Assembly (NCBI GenBank): GCA_003344405.1
Contig: NOWV01000083.1
Coordinates: 134,250 to 170,118, forward strand
Length of the DNA stretch: 35,869 bases
From: Trichoplax sp. H2
Taxonomy: Eukaryota
Direction: 5' to 3'
Under the pieces are notes generated by a model. It saw only the letters and a program-made list of their open reading frames with translations, was not told the DNA's origin and made no database searches. Positions within the stretch are counted from its first letter, which is position 1. Each line of letters begins with the position of its first letter. Below are positions 1 through 11,000 of the stretch, in pieces. A program made the position numbers and the translations under genes.

Positions 1-20
1 GATAGAAAATTCAATTTTAC

Positions 21-141
21 CGATTAAATCTTCTTTCTTCGGGTGTCAGGTTTGGATTGCGCTTTCTTTTCCTACGTACTGGTGAAGGTATATCTTCAGA
101 GTTGCATGACGAATTACATGTGTTACTATCTGAAAATCCTG
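21..141 (-). CDS. Possible first coding exon or small ORF of a minus-strand gene leaving the window start; basic NLS-like segment
   Basis: The minus-strand ATG at 141 reads MEDSGFSDSNTCNSSCNSEDIPSPVRRKRKRNPNLTPEERRFNR. It is followed either by TAA or by a cgg|GTAAAA donor at 21. No family recognised. The ORF track does not list it because it is under 60 aa. Confidence 0.3.
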
Positions 142-552
142 AATCTTCCATATTGATTCTTCTTAAAAGCAGCTTTCCATTAACTAACAAAGTTCATAAG
201 GAGTGCTGTCGGTAATGAGTTTAACTGATTGTGTATAAAACCGAAATACTGGCTATTAAGTTGTTAAGCTCTACAAAGTACTTAGACAGTCTTTGAGAAA
301 TTTCGGTGTTGCAGCTTCTATTTAAGTGTTTTTATCCAGCCCAAAAAAGGTTCTATTGCGTCATGCAAGTTACAAGTTATATAAAATGTACGCAGAAGTA
401 AATAGTAAAGAGAATGGCATCATTGGCATATCGTATGTTTACTTCCATACACAGCATTGTACTGAATTCTATTTTTATTTTTTGCATCGTGTTTGAATTT
501 GATTGGTTGATTGATTTCATTTACAGGGTAATGTACAGTACTTTATACCATA

Positions 553-1010
553 ATGTACAGTACACTGTACAGTACAGTACTGTACGTGTATACTTATGGA
601 TTTCTAGAAATATCCTGGAAGTCCAAGCTGCTGTACTGTACAGTGGATTAGACTGCGCTGTCTACACTACAGCATACAGTACAGTACTACTGTATACTGT
701 ACACTGTACAGTACACCAGTAAGAGTGCATTCTTAATGTTGTACTGTACACTGTACAGTACAGTAGCAACGATTTGTCTACCCTCTATGAGAAAATGGCT
801 ATGCTGCCATTGCTGCGTCATATGTGCGCATCCTCCGAATTTTATACGAATTCACAAATAAAAATAAAACATTACATAATCTAGTCCTACTGTACATGCG
901 CGTAGGTAGGATGCAGTAATGGGCGTGTCTGTTGTGTAGCAAGAGGAGCTGCCTTATAGCAGACATTGCTACTGTACTGTACTGTACACTGTACAGTACT
1001 ATACGGTATA
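553..1010. repeat. Strand-switching pentanucleotide microsatellite (GTACA)n/(TGTAC)n forming GTAC-centred palindromes, cluster 1
   Basis: Runs such as gtacagtacactgtacagtacagtactgtac at 553-775 and 970-1010. The unit GTACA and its reverse complement TGTAC alternate. Confidence 0.9.
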
Positions 1011-1685
1011 TCAATCAGTAAAAGCCCTCAAATATTTCTTTCTTTGCTCTATACATTTTGCGAGAACACTTTACAAGTTGGTGACTGCAGGAAAAATCTT
1101 TAATTTAGGTAATAAATCAACCCTGTGAGTAGCTTGTAATACCATAAGTAAGATAAGCCTAATCTCATCGTTTCCGTTTTTTAAATAATAGTATAATACT
1201 TCACCTAAATTACGATAAAAACCGTAGTATCGAATACGCATCCAGAATCTTTGATTGCGGAAGTGCAGCTTTCTTTCTTTCGATATCACTTTAATGTCAG
1301 GCCGTACGAAAGCTTATGAATTTGAAGTCGATCGATAGAAGTTTGACATCATCCGCCTAATTTTAATACTCTACAGTTCTTTACATTGCGTAGTCATTAT
1401 TACTATAACAGTCTAGTATCTGTTATGTATTATTCGTGTTATATTGCGACACTAGGTCAATCACGCTAGACAAGGTTAGACACGTCAAAGTGGCCTTAAT
1501 AAACGCAAAATCGTCTTTTTATTCTGGATTACATTGCCGTTCGTGATATAGATATACAGAATCATCCATGTAGCAAGTTGCATACATAATAGTAACTAGT
1601 TAGACTATTTCGCTATGGACTAGTTAGGCCCATCAGATCAAAATTAGCTAAAAAATGAGACGCCATGATCCGCGTCCGAAAAAGA

Positions 1686-1872
1686 TACAGTGTACAGAGT
1701 GTACACTCACTGTACAGTATACAGTAGTACAGAACAGAATACAGTATTACTGTTACTATAGAACAAAACCACCGTTGCTAAGTTATGAGATAGCAGTTAC
1801 TGTACTGTACAGTGTACAGTATATTCGATCATCCGAAAATATCCAAACTATGTACTGTACAGTACAGTACGC
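1686..1872. repeat. (GTACA)n/(TGTAC)n palindromic microsatellite, cluster 2, about 600 bp 5' of the MVP ATG
   Basis: tgtacagagtgtacactcactgtacagtatacagtagtacag ... tactgtactgtacagtgtacagta ... tgtactgtacagtacagtac. Confidence 0.9.
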
Positions 1873-2465
1873 TATTCATTCTTCGTTCCAGCTAGGACCG
1901 TTTCAACTGCAAACTAAATTAGCAAATAAAAACGATAAAATGCAATAACACAAGCAAAGTATTTCTAATTTACACAGTATTACCCATAGTCTCAGCGGCA
2001 GGGACATTGTAATGCATTGATACGACAGGAATCTGTTAATATACAGCGTAATGAAGTAGGTGATATACTGTACTAGTAGTCGGCGTTGTTTTAATTGCAT
2101 TATTTCAAGAAATGATTGATTTGTACGTATCTACAGGATATGACGTACTGTAGTTAGGCTGTTACACTACGTCTGAATTTAAGCAATTTGTTCTTTGTTG
2201 CCAGCTACGGTATAAGCTCCTATATACTGTATACGCACGCACCGTAAGTTGCATTGCAGCATTTAGGTACGGTAATTAATAGGTAATTGTGGACGACGTA
2301 GAACTCGCTTAAAAGTAAAATGAGTACTGATTAAGGAGTTATTTGTAAATCTTTTGCTAACAGCGGTGTATTTATGAGTATTCATGAGTAAATTGATTAT
2401 ATTTATCAGTAATAAATTGGCACTATAATTGAAGATGCATCTATATGATTCTGGGTTGTAGCAAA

Positions 2466-5400
2466 ATGAGTTCGAAAGGATCTTCACGCTCCTCTGAGGA
2501 AATGAACATCTTTCGTATTGCACCGTATTACTATATTCACGTCATGGATCTGAATACCAACGTGACGCGAGTAGTAAACGGACCAAAGACTTACATACGA
2601 CAGGATAATGAGAAAGTAATTTTTGGACCGGAAAAGATGGTCACAGTACCTCCACGTCATTACTGCATTGTCGAGAGCCCTGTCGTACGTAATAAAGATG
2701 GCAATGTGGTTTTTGATACCTACGGGCAAGCTAAGCTACGACACGCAGATCTTGAAATTCGCTTTTCTCAAGAACCATTTCCGCTTTACCCTGGAGAAGT
2801 TTATAAACAAGCTCCCAAACCGCTTATGGTTGTCGCTGCGAACTCTGCTATTAGACTTAAAGCTATTTTAGATTTTGAAGAAGAGGGAACAAAAGTGAAC
2901 CGTGTAGCAGGGGACGAATGGCTATTTGAAGGGCCAGGTATTTTTTTGGATGCATTGTCATGAAAATATTGATTTTTACATGACTGCACTGTTAATGAGA
3001 ATGGACTTCTATTGACACTCAGGGACTTATATGCCAAGAAAGGAAGTAGAAGTAATCGAACCCGTTCGTGCTACTATAATTCAGCCGAATCAGGCAATCA
3101 AGCTGAGAGCTCGTAAACAAACTACGGTAACGTGTTTATACTTGATAGAATATCTTACATTGTAAACAGGACTATATTTTAGCTAATTAATAAGATATAC
3201 GTAATTGATTAATCGTCAGGATCGAAACGGTGTCGAGCGCGTCACCGGTGAAGAATGGACGGTTAAAAAAGTGGGTGCTTACTTACCCGGTGCATATGAA
3301 GAAGTAATGGGAACATTAGATGCCTACGTCTTGACTGAAAAGGTGCTCGATACAGTTAAACTATGACGCTTTAAAAATGCAACATTCTGGCTACTCTACT
3401 GTATAATTATAATTGAGGCCTAGATCAAGCAAACTGTAGTGGATAGAGAACAAATCTTAAATTCGTTACCACTGTTCATGATTATTATTTATACATTACT
3501 AGAAAGCACTTCACCTGCGTGCTATGCGCACTTTCCGTGATTGCTTCGACATAGAAAGAAAAAATGGTGAGGAATGGCTTGTTACCATGGTTGAATCTGA
3601 AGCTTATATACCTGATGTTTACGAAGAGGTCATACTTACTTTGATTCATACGGAGTTGATATTTATTTTTTAAATTCTTCACCTCTATTGGCTATTTAAA
3701 TAACGGAAAATTTCTTATTCATTAGGTTGTAGGAGTGGTAGATATCACTACCTTAACCAATCGACAGTATGCAGTTATCCTAGATCCCGTCGGCGCCAAC
3801 GGGAAACCACAACTTGGTCAAAAAAAGCTAATCAAAGTTAGTAACTTAATTAATATTGCATGTAAGATCATAATGCAAAGCAAACGATCGGCATAGTTAT
3901 TTAACTTTATATTAATACGCGTATTTGCTTTTTAGGGTGAAAAGTCGTTTTTCTTACAACCAAATGAACGCCTTGAGAGTGGAATTCAAAATGTGTATGT
4001 TCTTGGTGAAGATGAAGGATTGATACTTAAGGCTAAAGAAGAATTTCTTGATACAGAAGATAACAAGACCCCTCGTAAGCCTGGTGATAGGTGGATGATC
4101 CGTGGTCCTATGGAATATGTACCACCAGTTGAGGTTGACGTTGTATCAAAAAGGAAAGCTATTCCTCTGGATGAAAATGAAGGTATTTATGTCCGCGACG
4201 TAAAATCAGGCAAGGTAATATTAGCATAGACTACATATTTTTATATCATTCTTGTATTCGTTATATAAATATCTTTGAACGTCGCTGCGATTTGGTAGCA
4301 AATTCTCGTATTACGCTTAGAGTAATTTAGTTTAAATATCCTACACTTATTTCGCTTGCTCGAAAAATGTTAGGTTAGGTCTATATGCGGCAAAACTTAT
4401 ATGCTTTCTCAAGATGAGGAATTATGGTCTAAAGAATTACCACCAACTGTCGAAGAGTTGTTAATTAGCAATAAAGACCCACTTGCCGACAGAGGAAACT
4501 ATGCAACCAAAACTTCTTCAGCTAAACGTGACAAAACTAAGGTTGTCACGTTCAGAGTGCCACATAATGCGGCGGTACAAATTTATGATTATAAGGAAAA
4601 AAAAGCGAGGTACCGTAATGCTTCGTATTTATATTGATATTAACTTCCGCCAATTAAAGCAATTGCATTCTTTATTACGTAATTTCTTGTTGTATATTTA
4701 GGGTAGTTCTTGGACCAGACTTGGTCATGCTCCGCCCCGACGAACAGTTTACGCAGATTAGCTTATCTGGTGGTAAACCGAAAAGACCTAACCAGATTAA
4801 ATCCTTATGTCTTTTACTGGGGCCGGATTTCTGTACTGATGTGCTTACTATTGAAACAGCAGATCACGCCAGGCTGCAATTACAGTTGGCTTATAATTGG
4901 TAAATCAGTTAAATTTTCTGATTCATTATGTTACACGTTTAGAGAACGCGTTACTAAAGATTTAACAACGATTGTAGGCATTTTGAAATATCTGATAAAA
5001 CTCAAACTAGTTTAGCAAAGCTTTTTGCAGTCCCGGACTTTATTGGAGATGCTTGTAAAGCGATTGCATCAAGAATTCGAGGGGCAGTTGCCAGTGTACA
5101 ATTTGATGATTTCCATAAGGTAATTTTTTTGCATGGGTGAACGTAAAACGTTATCAAAATTTTTAAGAAATTAAGATTTAATGACTCGTGATACGTGATA
5201 GTAATTGTAAGCAATAACGAAATGTTATAGAATTCGGCAAAAATCATCTGTGCTGCAGTTTTTGGATACGATAGCGATCGGAAGCTTGGTAGTCGTTTTA
5301 TCTTTCCTGCTAATAACTTAGCAATTACAAGCATAGATATACAGTCTGCAGAACCAGTAGATCAAAGAACCAGAGATGCCCTTCAAAAATCTGTACAGTT

Positions 5401-6282
5401 AGCTATTGAAATTACAACAAATTCCCAGGAGGCTGCAGCTAGGTATCCTCAGTAACGGCCAAACTTTGTAACTTATTTAGAAGAAACTGATTAAAATCTC
5501 GTCTATATCAGGCATGAAGCTCAAAGACTCGAGCAGGAAGCGAAGGGTCGTTTGGAGCGGCAGAAGATAAGCGATGAGGCGGAAGCTGAGAGATCTAGGA
5601 AAAATCTCTTAGAATTACAGGCTCAAAGGTATTGAAAATACTACTAACCATTAGTAGAATGTTACAAAATCTAACACACACTTTACTATAGCGCTGCTGT
5701 AGAGTCTAGTGGTCAAGCGAAAGCCGAGGCTCAGTCTAGAGCTGAAGCAGCTAGAATTGAGGGCGAAGCCGCAGTTGAACAAGCAAAACTCAAAGCCGAA
5801 GCCCTAAATATCGAAACGGTACTTATATAAAGCGAATACTTCACCTAGAATTAGATATCAAAATGACCATAATTTTTCTGGGATTAAAACTACAGACAGC
5901 TGAACTCGAACGTTTGACTCACGCTCGCGAAGCCGAAATTAAATACGTTAGAGAGCAAAATGAATTGGAAATTTCAAAATCCAAACAAACTGCTATTATC
6001 GAAGTCGAAAAATTCGGAAATATGGTTAAAAGTATTGGCTCTGAAACACTACGTGCAATTGCAGTTGCTGGGCCAGAAAATCAGGTACTTTACAGGATTA
6101 TTAGATTTTTAATTTAATGTCTTTAATTTTCCTACCCTCTTTCATAGGTTAAGCTTCTGCAGTCTCTTGGAATACAATCGACTCTGATTACAGATGGTTC
6201 TAACCCAATTAACCTTTTTAACACTGCATCTGGATTAATCGGTGCAGTTGAACCTCCACTAAAGCGAGAAAAGTTACAGTAG
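2466..6282 (+). CDS. MVP: Major vault protein (MVP), complete gene, 14 coding exons
   Basis: Hand-spliced exons, all GT-AG and phase-consistent: 2466-2938, 3022-3126, 3220-3342, 3503-3628, 3726-3837, 3936-4214, 4374-4609, 4701-4898, 4978-5119, 5231-5441, 5512-5629, 5692-5818, 5896-6093, 6148-6282 (TAG stop). The translation is colinear with vertebrate MVP along its full length. Exon 1 gives [51 protein letters not shown]...RHADLEIRF...PFPLYPGEV...[11 protein letters not shown]. Later exons give [73 protein letters not shown]...[54 protein letters not shown]...[118 protein letters not shown], and the coiled-coil/shoulder-cap region through [27 protein letters not shown]. An in-frame ATG at 2445 is an alternative start. 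Confidence 0.95.
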
Positions 6283-7065
6283 CACTAAAAATTATTGGAA
6301 ATACAAAGTCAGTAATTTCGTTGGAAATAGTTCGATTCGCCATTGTGAATCTACTCTTCATCTTGACTACTCATTAAATTGGCCTTCGGCGTTTAGACCT
6401 TGACTGGTTAATCTAAATATTTTATTTGTATTATTATCAAACCTTAATGGAATTTATGTCACTGCTAGTACAGTACAGCATTAGAATGCTACTTTATTCC
6501 CTCAATTATTCTCTATACGTATATACATTTTAAAACGCCTTTTCGCCAATAGTCAGTATACTTTAAATGATGTAGCTAAATAAGATGATTTCTTTATTCT
6601 TCATTACATAGTAACGTAAGAAAAAGTGCGATCTCTATTAGAAGATAATGTGCTTTGCTTAATATATAATTAGCAGATACGAATCTATCATAATTATAAA
6701 AAGGACCTTTTGTAATAACCATGTAGAAGGTTTTATGATATATTTGATTTTAAAATATTTCTGATGTTAAAGCTTTCAATAGCAAATCTTATACCAATAA
6801 CCATCTGATTATGGTAATTGCATATCATTTACATTATGGCGTCAGTTAAAGCTAGTGATTGCACCCGGGGATACCTATCCGGGTTTTTTATCCGGCTAAA
6901 TGGAGCTAGTAGTATTTTTCACCTATCGCTGAGTATCAAAGATCAAATCTGCACGTACGAAGAAAATCTCTTACCATAAAAGTCTGTGTTTTACTATAAG
7001 AACAGTAGCCCTTAGTAACACAAACAAGTCTTAAAGTCTTATTTTATTGTTATCTTTACAACTAC

Positions 7066-7328
7066 GGTATACTGTACAGTACAGTACAGTATTCCGTTTC
7101 AAAGGCATACTGTACTGTACTGTGCAGTAAGTCGTTTTAATTTACAGTAGTTATAATCTTCCCGCAGCTATTATATATTCGTAATTATACTATGTTATGT
7201 TGATTAAAGTTCTTGTCTACTTAAAAATCTATAACCACTAATTTTAGTCGAATATTCAGTACAGTACAGTAGGCCAGGCCAACCCAGCTTGCAAAAACCT
7301 GGTACTACTGTACAGTACACTGTACAAT
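7066..7328. repeat. (GTACA)n/(TGTAC)n palindromic microsatellite, cluster 3 (two blocks, 7066-7130 and 7257-7328)
   Basis: ggtatactgtacagtacagtacagtattccgtttcaaaggcatactgtactgtactgtgcagta. The inverted halves flank a short spacer. Confidence 0.9.
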
Positions 7329-7398
7329 ATTCATCGCTGAAGCAGCTCTATCTATTCTCTTGCCTCTACTGAACCTAATACCAAGTTTCATAAAGTTT

Positions 7399-7445
7399 GA
7401 TTAAGATTTAAACTACTGTACTGTATAGTAGTTTAAATCTTAATC
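7399..7445. repeat. 47-nt near-perfect hairpin palindrome
   Basis: gattaagatttaaactactgtac|tgtatagtagtttaaatcttaatc. The arms are reverse complements over about 20 nt, around a ctgtactgta centre. Confidence 0.85.
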
Positions 7446-7630
7446 TGTACATATTGGGTGGAAAATCATTGTTTGGAGCTCTGCCCACTATGCCAAGGTG
7501 ATAATAAAAAGTATAGTACATAATAAGCGTATTTGCAGCTTGACAAGTTCTAGCCTGCTGCTGCCTCAATGTACAAACCTTCGACAGGTGTAACTAGCAC
7601 TAGCTTGGTTCGAGACGGAGGGACATTCGG

Positions 7631-7924
7631 CCGGCCTGCAGTACAGTACAAGAGACCAAAGACCGCGCCTGCATCTACGGTACAGTACTGTACTGTACAG
7701 TACAGTAGGTTTTATTGTGCTAGGCCGCCTAGGCGTACTGTACAGTACTGTACAACTGTAGACGTGACTCCCAGGCTAGTGAAATTTTTGTACTGTAGCC
7801 CGTGACTGTACTGTACCGCACAGTAAAAAAAGGTGTCCACTGTTGTACTGTACTGTACAGTAGAATACGATACTACTGAAGTAGTGTACACTGTAGTGAC
7901 TGTACCATGTACTGTACAGTACAT
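7631..7924. repeat. (GTACA)n/(TGTAC)n palindromic microsatellite, cluster 4, the largest 5' of the Mondo gene, interleaved with GC-rich spacers
   Basis: cagtacagtacaag...ggtacagtactgtactgtacagtacagtagg...gcgtactgtacagtactgtacaactgtag...ttgtactgtactgtacagtag...catgtactgtacagtacat. It also contains the palindrome taggccgcctaggcg. Confidence 0.9.
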
Positions 7925-8092
7925 ATCCGATTCAGTCATCAGTTTAGGTCTCAAGGTAAACGGCGAAATCTAATCTTTCACTATTTATTTATGTCGTTGT
8001 ACAGTATGTAGTTTATTCTTTCTGTTTTTATCGCGAAAACAGAAATAAATTTGATTAGCAAATCCGTTAGTAGGAATACGAAAATCTTACAG

Positions 8093-11000
8093 ATGGAACG
8101 AATGATTAATACAAATTTGCGACCAGTAAACTCTAATAATGGCAACTTATCTTCTGGCTACAATTTTGCACGTTTTGGACAAATGCCGAAGCAATACAAC
8201 TTTTTCAATCGCTATACTCTGTCCGATAAGGTTGCCGATGGTGATTCTTTAGCTCAATTACTCGACTGTTTGAGATTGGAATATAGGTATATTGTGATGT
8301 ATATATTCTAATCCAAATTATACCATTTCAAATACAGTATAAGGTATTAAAAAGATTTCAAGGACAACGCCTCAGTACATAATTTGCGGTACTGTACGTG
8401 TAGTAATAAGCAATTTTTGTATTTTAGACAGTACTGTATACTGTACGTATGTCCCGAAAACTTCAGCATGTTCAGTACTTACAAAGGGGCACAGTTTCAT
8501 AATTTACTGTACTGTATTCTATACCGTGGACCGACCGGTTAATTTATTCAGCTCGAAAAATTCATAGAAATATAACATCGACCAATTAATAATTTCCTAA
8601 TTTTTTAGTTAATTATTAAACCTACAACTCTTTTCATTTTAGTTATTATTTAGGCAAATTTGATGTCTGAACGCATTCACTAGAACTGTACAGTACAGTA
8701 CAGTGTACACTGCACAGTATAGCTGTATTTTAACCAGCACGCGAACTGTATCATACTGTGCTTCCTGCTGTACCGTATTGTACAGTACAGTGTTCACCTT
8801 ATGATCACGTATTCAATGCACTAGTTGGTTGCCATGTCATAAACTGCAAGTGTTTTCCTTATAGTTAAGTACAGTAATTGCCATACACTAAGTATTTCAA
8901 AATTATTAATACGCAATTTGCTGTCACAAAATGAATTACTAGCCTAAAATTGCAATGAATTATTATCATTAAAATATACGATGGCTTGTTTCTGACATTA
9001 GCCCCTTCTACAGTATATCGCAAATCCCCAGTTCTCCTATATTTAGTGATATTTAGACTAGTTAATGTAGACTGTACAATGTACAGTCTACATTCGTGGT
9101 ACATTAATTAAGTTAAGTTAACGTTGTCGTGTAGCACATTTATAAACACAAAATATTAACATATCATGAAATCTTTATTATGGACTATTATCGACTGGTT
9201 TGAAACCCCTTTTTTCTTATATTAGTGACACCTTGCTAACTCCGAGATGGAAGAACTTCAAAAGTCAAAATCTAAAATGGGAACAAAAACGGAGATTAAA
9301 CAACATCATTTGGAGAGCCTGGCACATGCAATGTAAGTTGTATTAAAGTTAACCCTCTGATGCTTACAACAGCGCAAAGTTCTTGCAATAATGCTCTTGT
9401 CTCATGCTATACAATTTTCAATAAATATTCAAAATTTTATGACTACATAATTACACTACGATTGTATCATAACCCGAGGTTATTTACTATTTATGCTGCA
9501 ATCGTTAGATAGATTTATTGCGCTATACTGCTTCATTTTCTACGCGTATTAGTCACTTTTGCCGTAACTTATCTTTATGTAAAATAATGTCGTTAGCAAT
9601 GTGTGAAATATCCAATGTACTATTAAGTTCCAAGTAGTATACGAAGTGGTAGATTCAAGACATGCCAACCGATAAAAGATAAAGAAGTACCTTATAGTAC
9701 TAAGCTGCCATATATGCTGCGCTTCGTGAATCGTATCCAACAGTTTATAAATATAATCAGAAGCTGCCAATGATCTTATTGATCTTTTGGATAATGTTCA
9801 TGAAGTTGTTGAACCTGTTTAATTGTAGAATCTTTAGTAAAATGCCACAATCTGTGCGGTATTACATAACCTTGATAACAGTTTTTATGTTGGGACGGAA
9901 GAGAAGAGCACAGTATACTATCAGAAACGTATCTATCGTTGCAGTTTTGATGTGCTACGTTCGACATTACGACTAACAAGGTCTTCCTATTTAACAGTTC
10001 AAAAGCATCGTAACTTGCCATTCTGTAAATTTGCCATCCCTTTCCTTGAAAATATGCATAATAAACCTCAGGTATTGACGTAATAAAAAGCTCTATATTT
10101 AAAGAATTAAAGTAAACCGTTGTACGGATAGCCATGACTACCAATCTATCCTAATTTTAATAATTGATCACTGTATTACATCAAGCAATGACAGGAGCGT
10201 ATCATAAATATTCTTAAATATTTTTCTACATGAAGGCAATCGTAGTAGAAGGTGAACATTGGCGTCGAAGGCTTGATGCCATTGCGTCAGAATATAAACG
10301 ATGGAGATGTTATTTTGGGCAGGTACTTGTATGATCTAGTCGCTAGATTACGAATCTTACCTCTAAAAATGAGATTTTTGTCTTTATTAGCTAATTGTAA
10401 TTTTTGATCTTTTCGAAATTTAGACTGTTACACCTCCTGAAACAGAGACACAAGTCATTCTGGGAAATGTCTGTTATATTTTGTCTACATCATCATATAA
10501 CGTTAAATCGATATCGTTTTATAGATTTTTACCTTATTGCTACGTTTTATGTGCTTATATAGGATGATGAATTATCGCAACAACTGAATGATGCATCCAA
10601 TAAATTGATCAAAGAGCAATTGATAGGGTTAGTCAACTAAGATATTATTTTGTAAGCAATAGGTCTTGAAGCTGCTTCATAATTTGAATACCCACGTTAT
10701 TGCTGAGAATAATCATTTCAGCATTTTCATTGATAATCTTAATTAGGCCAGGGAATGATAGCGAAATATTCCAAAATTCAGCAGATGGTAAGTGTCACAG
10801 TTGCAGATTAGAGGTAGTATAACAGCAGTAAGTTATCGTAACGGGTATTCACTGCTAGTTATTGTAATTTTTAGATTTTTTTTCGTATTGAGTTGTAAGT
10901 CGAGTACTGATTTCGAATCTTTCATTACAGTTTTCATGTTACCAGATACGCTCTTTTCCAGTCTAGCACCTGTAGACGACTTCAATTCTACCGACGAAAG

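Noticed and set aside
414-722. ORF-track ORFs with periodic Y-C-T-V-Q-Y-S-T-V sequence (414-722, 799-1014, 1655-1948, 7569-7805, 7712-7954, 18674-19021, 22898-23095, 23080-23304, 24528-24770, 25034-25216, 31741-31998)
   Set aside because: They are translations of the (GTACA)n/(TGTAC)n microsatellite, where GTA-CAG-TAC-TGT-ACA reads V-Q-Y-C-T, not genes. The high-scoring 18674-19021 ORF sits in the SPT4/L10K promoter repeat.
2484-2871. ORFs 2484-2729 (minus) and 2623-2871 (plus) overlapping MVP exon 1; ORF 27919-28140 (minus) inside the Tudor-PHD large exon; ORFs 4483-4701 and 4710-5015 around MVP exons
   Set aside because: Shadow or out-of-frame ORFs. The in-frame MVP and PHD-gene readings have strong homology support; these do not.
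7590-7640. tRNA gene at gcttggttcgagacgg
   Set aside because: The A-box-like and B-box-like motifs are adjacent rather than 30-60 nt apart, and no acceptor stem or TCC...ACCA end is present. It is retained only as a possible SINE remnant.
9685-9770. Alternative Mondo exon 3 candidate at 9689 (YKEVPYSTKLPYMLRFVNRIQQ)
   Set aside because: No GT donor at a phase-0 position and no resemblance to the YVERRKSPVCGF segment. The 9884-9929 candidate, with the basic GRKRRA segment, fits the phase and has usable splice sites.
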